NCBI GenBank assembly: GCA_944389385.1 | Contig: CALXMC010000003.1 | Coordinates: forward strand, 10,356 to 74,355 | Length of the DNA: 64,000 nucleotides | Reading direction: 5' to 3' | DNA from: an uncultured Alphaproteobacteria bacterium | Lineage (GTDB): Bacteria > Pseudomonadota > Alphaproteobacteria > Rs-D84 | Shown: positions 38,102 to 47,303 of the stretch, in pieces | Layout of the letters: each line of letters starts with the position of its first letter | Position numbering within the stretch: the stretch's first letter is position 1 | Program-made: the position numbers and the translations under genes | The notes under the pieces: generated by a model | Told to the model about the DNA's origin: nothing | Databases searched by the model: none | Seen by the model: the letters and a program-made list of their open reading frames with translations, nothing else

Positions 38102-38485
38102 TTCGGTCCTTGTCTTTTTATGGGCATCCGCCCGTTCCCCTTCCCGTGACTTCATCCGAAATCTAGCACGCCATTTTATGGTTGTCAATGACATTTTATA
38201 ATTATTTTATGGGATTTTATGGTTTTATAAGTAAATTTGCGTATATTAAAAATATTTTTCAAATATTTATATTTTATGCTTGACCTGCGATTCGTTTTTG
38301 TTCTAACATGTTTGTATAGACAAGGAGAAAAGACCAAAAAGCCCCAGAATTCCGCGAAAAATCCGGATTTCCGGCAAAAATAAAAATTTAACCGAAAATT
38401 CAAATATGATTTTTGTAAATACACGTTGTACATACAAAATCTTGTTGATTTTTCACAAAAAACACCCGAAAGGAGGGACCGCACA

Positions 38486-38821
38486 ATGGCAAAATCCATA
38501 AAAGAAATAATGATCGCCCTGAACCAAGTTTTAACAACAACCGTTTGGGTAAATGAAGACAGACAAATAATTTCGTTGGCCGACGAATTACAAATTGGAC
38601 ATAACAACGCCCCACGTTCAATCGAAGATTTACCACGCCCGTCGTTGGTTGGCGCGTATGTGTCACTGCAAATTCGCACAGATAATTTTGATGTTGCGGC
38701 CGAAACGTTGGACACTAAAAATTTAGCATTGCGCGTAAAAGAAATGGTGTTTACAGAAGCCAAGAAAATTATGGATGCCGCCGACGGCACAGATAAAGCA
38801 TCTGTTGCCCGCGCAGCATAA
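38486..38821 (+). CDS. Hypothetical small protein
   Basis: Strong RBS AAGGAGGG 8 nt upstream of the ATG. 111 aa. An AT-rich promoter-like region lies upstream. Confidence 0.4.
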   Translation: MAKSIKEIMIALNQVLTTTVWVNEDRQIISLADELQIGHNNAPRSIEDLPRPSLVGAYVSLQIRTDNFDVAAETLDTKNLALRVKEMVFTEAKKIMDAADGTDKASVARAA

Positions 38822-38891
38822 TCCCGACACGGCCCGCGGTCCGTTTTGGGCAAATAAAAGTTTCTGGTTAATCCAGAAGGAGGGGAGAAAT

Positions 38892-38919
38892 CACCGGCAA
38901 GTAATTGCCGGTGGTTTTT
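38892..38919 (+). terminator. Rho-independent terminator
   Basis: CACCGGCAAGTAATTGCCGGTG followed by GTTTTTA, abutting the stop of the convergent autotransporter gene. Confidence 0.5.
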
Positions 38920-38920
38920 A

Positions 38921-41605
38921 TCAGAAACGTAATCGCGCACGAATGCGGCCTGTGTAATTTATATAATCCTGGCGAAAGTGGGCGGAAATTCCGAAGTCGA
39001 TTTGCGTAAATTCATTGAATTGCGCGCCCAATTTTAATTCTGTATCAAATGCAAAACGCGGTAAAGTCGTGCCAATTATTACGTACGCTGCATCATTTAC
39101 ATTAACGTATAAATCGTCTGCTTTCGTGTGCATGTCATACGACGCGCCAATCGTAACAGATGGCGTAAGTTCCACACCCGCCAAATACCAATTGCCGCGC
39201 GTTACAGACATATTGGCGTATGCTGTTAAAAAATCCAAATCCGCAGCCACGATACTTTGCCCCGCATCATCAGCCGTATCGTCGCGATGAACAGCCATAT
39301 ATCGCACACCTGCGCGTGGCAACATGTGCCAAGACGCATGCGCAAAATCATATCCGACATCACCCCATGCACTGTATGTGATCATGTTCAGTGAACTGTC
39401 CAATTGCAATCCCGCAACATTTTTTGTTTCGCCCCAGTCTGAAAAAAACGCCGCGCCCGCCATGCGAATTACAAAATTATCAGGCGAGTATTTTGCATAT
39501 ACCCCACCACCATGGGTTGGCACGTGTATTGTGCGTGCCCAACTTTTTAATCTGTCGTATTGGTATGCGTATGCCGCGCCAAATGTCCAATTACCATCAG
39601 CATATTCTGCGCCGATGCCGCCACCGAATCCATACATATCAAAATCTGCGTACTGTTGCGATGCGCCCAGTTTTCCGCCGCCACCAAATCCAGTCGCCCA
39701 TACATTTAATCCACCAATATTGTACTTGGTTGCATCGTTAATCATCGCATCAAATCGCGAAACTTTCGTGTTTGACACTATATGCGTCAGTGGCGCAGAC
39801 GACGGCGCCAGCGCACTTAACGCACGGATATATCCAATCGCATCCGTTTGCAGCAAAGTATTCATTCGCAGATATAATGTGTGCGCCAGACTGCCGGGGG
39901 TATCTGGTTCCAATTGCCATGCGGCGGCTGTGCGGACATTATTTTGTGTACCACCATTATTGGTTATGACATCTGCGAAACTGTCGCCGGCGCTGATTTC
40001 GTACCACCCGTCCCCCAATTTCAAGAATTCATAAATATTATTATTTATGTTTGGCGAAAAATTATCAGCAATTTCATTTTCACTGCGTAATAACTGGACA
40101 CGAATATTATTTGCATCGCCCAATGCGTTTGGCGATAAAATAACACTAAGATTTGCCCCGTCTGATATGCTGAAATTGTTTGCGGTTACATTACCATACG
40201 CGGTTGCATCTGTCACAGATAATTGCAATGTGACACCCGATGCAAATGCTGCATTCGTCACAGAAAACGACGCCGCGCCCAAATCCAATATGCCGCCCAA
40301 AACATTCAAATCCGACGTTGTAAAAAATTGCCCGTTATCCGATAAAGTCACATTACCATTATAAATCGTAACATTTCCCGCAAATCCAGACATATCGGCG
40401 TTTAATATAACTGCCCCGCCTGTCGGCACATTTTGCGCATCGTATATATATGGACGATTTATGATTATTTCACCGCCGCCTGTGATTGCATCATTAAATG
40501 TGACACTGCGCGACGCGCCCGCGTTTATGTTAAGCATATCAGTACTGTGAATCGCGTTTGATTGCCCCGCCACCGTGTTGCCGTTAAAGTTTATGTCTGT
40601 GTTGTTGGCAATCAAGTATAACTGGGCCAAGTTAAATATTGCACCGCCATTGTCTGTGGCTGAATTATTTTCAAAACTGCTGTCGATAATGTACATATCG
40701 TCCCAGTTATAAACCGCGCCACCGTATGTTGCACTGTTGCCATTAAAGTAAGAATCAGACACCGCGGCATACAATGTATCCCCAATAATTCCATAATTAC
40801 CAATCGCGCCGCCTGTGTCACCGGTATTATTTTCAAACGTGCCGCCGGTTAAATTCATTGCCCCAGTCGAATAAATCGCACCGGCTGTATCGGTCGCGTT
40901 ATTGCCAACAAATCGCACATTGGTTAAATTCATGGTGTTTGAATTATATAACGCGCCACCGCCACCACTGGACGAGTTTGATGTAAATACACTGTTGGAA
41001 ATATTTAACGTGCCGTCGTTAAATGCCACACCACCATACCCGTTCGGCGCAGTATTATTTTGAAATGTTGCACCATCAAACGTGGCGATTGTTTCATATT
41101 CGTTGTATATCACACCGCCATCACCGCGCGTTACTTGGTTTGCGTCAAACGTAACATTTTGCGCGCTGAATGTGGCGTTATTGTTTTGATATATAACACT
41201 GCCGCCATAGTTGGATGTGTTATTTGCAAATACAGAATTACTTGTTGTTACATTTCCGCCCAGATTTGTGAACACACCGCCCTGGGGACGATTAAAGTTG
41301 TTAAAGGATGTATTCGATGCAGAAACGCCACCGTTTATCAGCGTGAAATTATAACCACTGGACACTGTAAATCCGTTAAATCCACCGCCATTAAAATCAA
41401 ATCCGCCGCCATCGATAACCGTTGTTTGCGCCCCAGGCGCAGTTACCAACCGCGTGGCCGTTATATCGGACGTGATTGTTATATCGTTTTGCGTGGCTGC
41501 TGTTTTATATAAACTGTAAAAAGTATCAAAATCAGGCGCGTCCGCTGCATACGCAGGTACAGCCATTATACCCAAAATTACAATCAAAGATGTTTTGCGT
41601 TTCAT
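38921..41605 (-). CDS. Type Va autotransporter with polymorphic-membrane-protein (Pmp)-like passenger repeats
   Basis: RBS AAGGGGA. Signal peptide MKRKTSLIVILGIMAVPAYA. Passenger domain with many GGA[IVL] and FxxN repeats (GGAIY, GGAVY, FENN, FNGN). C-terminal beta-barrel translocator ending RIRARLRF. Confidence 0.75.
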   Translation of the reverse strand: MKRKTSLIVILGIMAVPAYAADAPDFDTFYSLYKTAATQNDITITSDITATRLVTAPGAQTTVIDGGGFDFNGGGFNGFTVSSGYNFTLINGGVSASNTSFNNFNRPQGGVFTNLGGNVTTSNSVFANNTSNYGGSVIYQNNNATFSAQNVTFDANQVTRGDGGVIYNEYETIATFDGATFQNNTAPNGYGGVAFNDGTLNISNSVFTSNSSSGGGGALYNSNTMNLTNVRFVGNNATDTAGAIYSTGAMNLTGGTFENNTGDTGGAIGNYGIIGDTLYAAVSDSYFNGNSATYGGAVYNWDDMYIIDSSFENNSATDNGGAIFNLAQLYLIANNTDINFNGNTVAGQSNAIHSTDMLNINAGASRSVTFNDAITGGGEIIINRPYIYDAQNVPTGGAVILNADMSGFAGNVTIYNGNVTLSDNGQFFTTSDLNVLGGILDLGAASFSVTNAAFASGVTLQLSVTDATAYGNVTANNFSISDGANLSVILSPNALGDANNIRVQLLRSENEIADNFSPNINNNIYEFLKLGDGWYEISAGDSFADVITNNGGTQNNVRTAAAWQLEPDTPGSLAHTLYLRMNTLLQTDAIGYIRALSALAPSSAPLTHIVSNTKVSRFDAMINDATKYNIGGLNVWATGFGGGGKLGASQQYADFDMYGFGGGIGAEYADGNWTFGAAYAYQYDRLKSWARTIHVPTHGGGVYAKYSPDNFVIRMAGAAFFSDWGETKNVAGLQLDSSLNMITYSAWGDVGYDFAHASWHMLPRAGVRYMAVHRDDTADDAGQSIVAADLDFLTAYANMSVTRGNWYLAGVELTPSVTIGASYDMHTKADDLYVNVNDAAYVIIGTTLPRFAFDTELKLGAQFNEFTQIDFGISAHFRQDYINYTGRIRARLRF

Positions 41606-41691
41606 AAAAATCCCCTTTGGTTAATTCCAAGGGTCAAAAAAAACGCCCGTAATAGCAATACGGACGTTTTCCCATTTTTATTAACGAATAT

Positions 41692-42756
41692 TTATCTTTG
41701 CTTTACGATTTCATCACGAATTTTTGACACAGCCGCCGCACGCGCCGCAATAACATCATTCAAATTCGCACCCGTTAAATCAGCCGCATATTTGATTGAA
41801 TTCGCAAACGCCAAAGCATCACTGTTGCCGTGGGTTTTAACGGCAAATCCCTTTAACCCCAAAAACGTTGCGCCCGCATAGGAACGCGGATCGATTTTAT
41901 TTTTCAGTCGCTTGAATACATGCACCAAGAAAAACGCACCAATAATCGCCAATATGGATTTTTTCAAATTGTCCACAACAACGCGCTTAATCAAACGGGC
42001 GGTACCCTCGACCGTTTTCAGAACTATGTTTCCGGTAAAACCATCCGTCACCACGACCTGGACATTACCGCCACTGATGTCGTTTCCCTCGACAAAGCCG
42101 ATGTATTCATACGGCAATTCATCGCGATGTTCGGTTAAAACCTGATTTAACCTTTGCAGTGTTTCATTACCCTTGGTTTCTTCGGAACCAATGTTCAAAA
42201 CGCCAACCTTGGGGCGCGCCATGTGGCCAATAACCTCGGCATAAACACTGCCCAGGATAGAAAAATCAAACAAATCGCGTTCATCACAATGAACGTTTGC
42301 ACCCAAATCCAGTACAACCACACGTGAATCACCACCGCCAGACGGCAACATAGTCGTTATCGCAGGCCGCGAAATACCGTCAATGGTCTTTAACGCCAGT
42401 TTCGACAAAGACATTAAAATACCGGTATTACCAGCACTGACAACGGCGGCAGAATTTCCCTCGCGTACGTCTTTGATTGCCATGTACATAGAAGTATCTT
42501 GGGCGTGGCGGATGACATCGCGCACTTTATCCGTACCGCAAATAACCCCAGGCGCGTCAACGACAGTACAATTACGTGCAACACGCGGATATTTCGCCAA
42601 CAATGGATTTAATTGTTCGCTTTGCCCGAACAAACGAAAAAAGACTTTGTCTTCGCCATTTTGGTACAGGTACTGATTCATACCGCCCAATACGGCGTTT
42701 GGACCTTTGTCTCCGCCCATTGCATCGATTGCTATGATTTTTTTATTCGTGGTCAT
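41692..42756 (-). CDS. plsX: Phosphate acyltransferase PlsX
   Basis: MTTNKKIIAIDAMGGDKGPNAVLGG. Full-length PlsX family. Confidence 0.9.
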   Translation of the reverse strand: MTTNKKIIAIDAMGGDKGPNAVLGGMNQYLYQNGEDKVFFRLFGQSEQLNPLLAKYPRVARNCTVVDAPGVICGTDKVRDVIRHAQDTSMYMAIKDVREGNSAAVVSAGNTGILMSLSKLALKTIDGISRPAITTMLPSGGGDSRVVVLDLGANVHCDERDLFDFSILGSVYAEVIGHMARPKVGVLNIGSEETKGNETLQRLNQVLTEHRDELPYEYIGFVEGNDISGGNVQVVVTDGFTGNIVLKTVEGTARLIKRVVVDNLKKSILAIIGAFFLVHVFKRLKNKIDPRSYAGATFLGLKGFAVKTHGNSDALAFANSIKYAADLTGANLNDVIAARAAAVSKIRDEIVKQR

Positions 42757-42839
42757 AATATCTTATTAAAAAAGCAGAAACGGCACAATGTGAAACAACG
42801 CGCCAAATTCTGCCATTTTTTTATTATATCTGTTTTATA

Positions 42840-42989
42840 TTATTTTGCACCACATGCCGGACATACATGATGCGGGCGTTTTTTTTCACCGCAAACTTTG
42901 CACACTGTGCATGGCATCACGGACAGCGCATCATGCGAACGACGCTGGGCCGAACGTGCTTTACTGGTTTTACTTTTTGGCGTAGCCAT
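42840..42989 (-). CDS. rpmF: 50S ribosomal protein L32
   Basis: 49-aa ORF below the ORF-track cutoff: MATPKSKTSKARSAQRRSHDALSVMPCTVCKVCGEKKRPHHVCPACGAK. Classical rpmF-plsX adjacency. Confidence 0.8.
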   Translation of the reverse strand: MATPKSKTSKARSAQRRSHDALSVMPCTVCKVCGEKKRPHHVCPACGAK

Positions 42990-43078
42990 TTTATTATCCT
43001 TTTTTATTTACAGTTGTTCTATTCTATTAAAATCTGACGCATTTGCAAGAAAAACTTTATTCCGCATTCGCCAAAATT

Positions 43079-43108
43079 GCCCAGTTGTCATAACAATAAC
43101 AACTGGGC
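43079..43108 (-). terminator. Possible rpoC terminator hairpin
   Basis: 10-bp stem GCCCAGTTGT/ACAACTGGGC. On the minus strand it is followed by AATTTTGG. A weak U-tract, hence low confidence. Confidence 0.3.
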
Positions 43109-43127
43109 AAAGTTTAACGAATATGAA

Positions 43128-46100
43128 TTATATATCCAACAATTGCTGCTGGGCATTGCCTTCACGAGCCAATTTTTCGGCACGTTCTTCTTCGCGCGCA
43201 ATTTCACGAACGCGGCGAACATAGGCACCGGTACCGACCGGAATCAAACGACCAACAATCAAGTTTTCGTTGATACCAACCAATTTATCGGTCGAGCCGC
43301 TGATGGCTGCATCAACCAGAACTTTGGTTGTTTGTTGGAACGACGCATTCGATATAAACGAACGCGATGTCAATGACGCACGTGTCAAACCAACCAACAC
43401 CTGGGACGCAGTTGCCGGACGGCCGCCATCATGTGTGACACGGGCATTTTCTTCTTCGAAATCAACCCTGTCAACCACCGCGCCCATCAAGAATCCTGTA
43501 TCGCCCGGATTTGTGATTTCAACACGACGGGTCATTTCACGTATCAGAATTTCGATATGTTTGTCGTTGATGGACACGCCCTGTAAACGATAAACCTGTT
43601 GAATTTGTTCGACCATAAAGGTTGCCAATGCTTTTTGACCCAAGATGCGTAAAATATCCTGGGGCACCGGATCGCCATCGACCAATTTGTCGGCTTTTTT
43701 CACAACGTCGCCGCTGCGCACCAACAAATTCGTACCCTTTGGAACCGCATATTCAACCGGCGCAGTACCATCGGTTGGCATAATGCGGACAATGATTTTG
43801 GATTTTGCATCTTCCAATTCGATTGTACCGTCAATTTCTGCCAATAAAGCGGGGTTAGATGGACGACGAACTTCCAACAATTCATTAACACGTGGCAAAC
43901 CGCCGGTAATATCGCCTGTACGCTTGGTTTGTACAGGAATACGCGCCAACACGTCACCCGCCGCAACCCTATCATCATTCGACACATTCAAGATAGAATA
44001 CATCGGCAACAGGTATTCGGCAATTTTTTTGCCACCCAATGAAATAACCTGGCCATGTTCATCAACCAATGTAATCGCAGGATTTAATGCTTTTTTGGTA
44101 TTCGTCTTCCAGTTAATAACCTTGCGCGAGGTAATACCAGTTGTGGAATCAACCTCTTCCAGGTATGACACGTTTTCAATCAAATCCTGGAATTTAACGA
44201 TACCGTCTTTTTCCGCAATGATTGTGTTGGAATAAGGATCCCATTCTGCAACTTTGGCACCTTTTTCAACCACGTCACCGTCATTAACGATTAACATGGA
44301 TGCGTATGGCAATTTGGTTGTGAATAAATTCCCGCCATCTTTGCCAACAACCGTCAATTCACCGTTGCGCGACAGAACAACCACACGCCCCGCCGAATTT
44401 TTAATTGTATTAACATTCGACAGTTTGATTGTACCCGCAACTGGGACCTCGATATAATGGCTTTCGGCACCACCGGATGCAACACCACCAATGTGGAACG
44501 TACGCAAAGTCAACTGAGTTCCAGGTTCACCAATGGATTGACCCGCGATAACGCCAACGGCCTCGCCAACATGAACCAGTGCCTGGCGCGACAAATCCAT
44601 ACCATAGCATTTCGCACACAAACCATCACTGTGGCATGTCAAAACACTGCGCACATCGACGGACGGCAATCCAGATTCATTTATCTTGCGCGCGGCTGCC
44701 TTGGTAACCAATTCGCCAGCAGGAACAATTATTTCCTTGGTAATTGGGTGCACAATGTCATGCGCCGCGGTACGCCCCAGAACAACATCACCCAATGGCA
44801 CGGACAGTGTGCTGCCCTGGTACACTGGTTTTGCAGTGATGTATTCTTCGGTTCCGCAATCGTGTTCGGTAATAACCGTGTTTTGTGACAATTCAACCAA
44901 ACGACGTGTCAGGTAACCTGCGTCTGCGGTCTTTAACGCCGTGTCGGACATACCTTTGCGCGCACCGTGGGTGGACGTAAAGTATTCCGCCATGGTCAAG
45001 CCTTCCTTGAAGTTCGAAATAATCGGAACTTCGATAATCGAACCGTCGGGCTTCTGCATCATACCACGCATACCAGCAACCTGTTGAATCTGGCGTTTGG
45101 AACCACGGGCACCAGATAACGCCATCATTAACACAGAATTCCAGTTATCACCCGTTGTTTTACCCAATGCGGCATATGCCAAATCACCAATTTTATCGGT
45201 TGTATTCTGCCACAGGTCAATCAGTTTATTATGCTTTTCACCACCAGACAACAAACCGTTTTGATATTGCTGTTCAATTTCCTCGGCGGCCTGTTCCGTG
45301 TCTGCGATGATTTGTTTTTTCTCTTCTGGAATGACAATATCATCGTAACCGATTGAAATACCACTGCGCGCCGCCTGTTCAAAACCGGTATCTTTTAACG
45401 CGTCGGCCAACAGAATCATCGCTTTATCCCCGCAACGTTCGTATGTTGTTGCCAACAACGATTTGATTTCACCAACCGGCATAACTTTGTTCACCAAATC
45501 GAACGGCATATTATCAGATTTAGGCAGCAATTCACCCAAAATCATACGACCGGCCGTCGTTTTGTAAATTTTTCCGTTAATACGTGCAACAATTGGCGTA
45601 TGCAGTGTGATGGATTTGTTTTCCAAAGCCATTTTCACTTCGTCCATATTGGCAAAGCGCGGTGATTTATCCGTATGCTCGCCGTTAATTAACGAAATAT
45701 AGTACACTCCCAACACCATGTCCTGGGACGGCACAATCATAGGCTCGCCGTTTGCAGGCGACAACACATTGTTGGACGACAACATCAGTGTACGTGCCTC
45801 TAATTGCGCTTCCAATGAAATCGGAACGTGCACGGCCATCTGGTCACCGTCAAAGTCAGCATTGAATCCTTTGCACACCAATGGATGCAGGCGGATTGCC
45901 TTGCCTTCGATTAACACCGGTTCAAATGCCAACATAGACAAACGGTGCAAAGTCGGCTGACGGTTCAACAGAACAGGATGTTCATGGATAACACTTTCCA
46001 AAATTTCCCACACAACATCTTCGCCATTTTCAACCATTTTACGCGCTGTTTTAATGGTATTTGCATAATTACCCGCCATTAACCGAGAATACACAAACGG

Positions 46101-47237
46101 CTTGAACAATTCCAATGCCATAACCTTGGGCAAACCAACCTGGTGCAGTTTCAACGATGGCCCCGACACAATAACGCTGCGGCCTGAATAATCCACACGT
46201 TTACCCAACAAATTCATACGGAAACGTCCGGCTTTACCGCGCAATGAATCCGACAAAGATTTCAATGGGCGGCGATTTTGCGACACCATCGGGCGGGCTT
46301 TGTGACCGTTATCGAACAATGAATCGACCGCTTCCTGTAACATGCGCTTTTCATTACGCACGATAATTTCAGGCGCGTGCATTTCGATAAAGCGTTTCAA
46401 ACGGTTGTTACGAATAATTACACGACGATACAAATCGTTCAAATCAGACGCCGCAACATGCCCCGCATCCAACGTCACCAACGGACGCATTTCTGGTGGA
46501 ATAACCGGAATAACATCCGGCAACATCCATGCAGGTTCGGTCTTGGAATCCAAAAATGCTTCGACCAATTTTAATTGTTTAATTAAACCTTTGCGTTTCG
46601 CATCAGATTTTGTTTCCGCCAATTCATTACGCAAACGGGTACGTTCATCACCCATATCCAAATTGGCAATAATACTGCGAACGCCTTCGGCACCAATACC
46701 GACACGGAATGCGTCTGCGCCAAATTCATCGACCGCTTTGTTATACTCATCATCGCTGATGACATCATATTGTTTCAAACTGGTCAAACCTGGTTCGATA
46801 ACGATGTACGCATCATACGAGATAACTTGTTCCAATTTTTTCTGGGGCAAATTATTCAACAATGTTGCAATTTTGCCTTCGCGCAGGAACCAAGTATGCG
46901 CAACTGGCATTGCCAATTTAATATGTCCCATACGTTCGCGACGAACATTCGATGGTCCGACCTCGACCCCGCAACGTTCACAAACCACGCCGCGATATTT
47001 AATTCTTTTATATTTTCCGCATGCGCATTCGTAATCTTTAACCGGGCCAAAAATCTGTTGGCAGAACAATCCATCTGGCTCTGGTTTCAGCGAATGATAG
47101 TTAATTGTTTCGGGCTTTTTCACTTCGCCATGCGACCAAGACAGAATTTCTTCGGGCGATGCGATTGTGATACGCAACGCGTCAAATTGTTCCTTGGTTT
47201 CGATTTGTCCGAATATCTTTTGCAACATATTGGTCAT
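43128..47237 (-). CDS. rpoC: DNA-directed RNA polymerase subunit beta'
   Basis: 1369 aa with all conserved regions: zinc-binding CxxC..CxxC N-terminus and NADFDGD active site (FNADFDGDQMAVH). Confidence 0.97.
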   Translation of the reverse strand: MTNMLQKIFGQIETKEQFDALRITIASPEEILSWSHGEVKKPETINYHSLKPEPDGLFCQQIFGPVKDYECACGKYKRIKYRGVVCERCGVEVGPSNVRRERMGHIKLAMPVAHTWFLREGKIATLLNNLPQKKLEQVISYDAYIVIEPGLTSLKQYDVISDDEYNKAVDEFGADAFRVGIGAEGVRSIIANLDMGDERTRLRNELAETKSDAKRKGLIKQLKLVEAFLDSKTEPAWMLPDVIPVIPPEMRPLVTLDAGHVAASDLNDLYRRVIIRNNRLKRFIEMHAPEIIVRNEKRMLQEAVDSLFDNGHKARPMVSQNRRPLKSLSDSLRGKAGRFRMNLLGKRVDYSGRSVIVSGPSLKLHQVGLPKVMALELFKPFVYSRLMAGNYANTIKTARKMVENGEDVVWEILESVIHEHPVLLNRQPTLHRLSMLAFEPVLIEGKAIRLHPLVCKGFNADFDGDQMAVHVPISLEAQLEARTLMLSSNNVLSPANGEPMIVPSQDMVLGVYYISLINGEHTDKSPRFANMDEVKMALENKSITLHTPIVARINGKIYKTTAGRMILGELLPKSDNMPFDLVNKVMPVGEIKSLLATTYERCGDKAMILLADALKDTGFEQAARSGISIGYDDIVIPEEKKQIIADTEQAAEEIEQQYQNGLLSGGEKHNKLIDLWQNTTDKIGDLAYAALGKTTGDNWNSVLMMALSGARGSKRQIQQVAGMRGMMQKPDGSIIEVPIISNFKEGLTMAEYFTSTHGARKGMSDTALKTADAGYLTRRLVELSQNTVITEHDCGTEEYITAKPVYQGSTLSVPLGDVVLGRTAAHDIVHPITKEIIVPAGELVTKAAARKINESGLPSVDVRSVLTCHSDGLCAKCYGMDLSRQALVHVGEAVGVIAGQSIGEPGTQLTLRTFHIGGVASGGAESHYIEVPVAGTIKLSNVNTIKNSAGRVVVLSRNGELTVVGKDGGNLFTTKLPYASMLIVNDGDVVEKGAKVAEWDPYSNTIIAEKDGIVKFQDLIENVSYLEEVDSTTGITSRKVINWKTNTKKALNPAITLVDEHGQVISLGGKKIAEYLLPMYSILNVSNDDRVAAGDVLARIPVQTKRTGDITGGLPRVNELLEVRRPSNPALLAEIDGTIELEDAKSKIIVRIMPTDGTAPVEYAVPKGTNLLVRSGDVVKKADKLVDGDPVPQDILRILGQKALATFMVEQIQQVYRLQGVSINDKHIEILIREMTRRVEITNPGDTGFLMGAVVDRVDFEEENARVTHDGGRPATASQVLVGLTRASLTSRSFISNASFQQTTKVLVDAAISGSTDKLVGINENLIVGRLIPVGTGAYVRRVREIAREEERAEKLAREGNAQQQLLDI

Positions 47238-47303
47238 TATATTTTGCTCCTTTCAACCGAGTGTTAATGTCCCGCGCGGGCGCGCCACGCGGGCAACAAT
47301 CGC

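Noticed and set aside
38185-38940. 251-aa minus-strand ORF in the ORF track
   Set aside because: It runs antisense through the well-supported 111-aa plus-strand ORF (strong RBS) and through the AT-rich mraZ upstream region. Its low-complexity composition looks like a shadow ORF.
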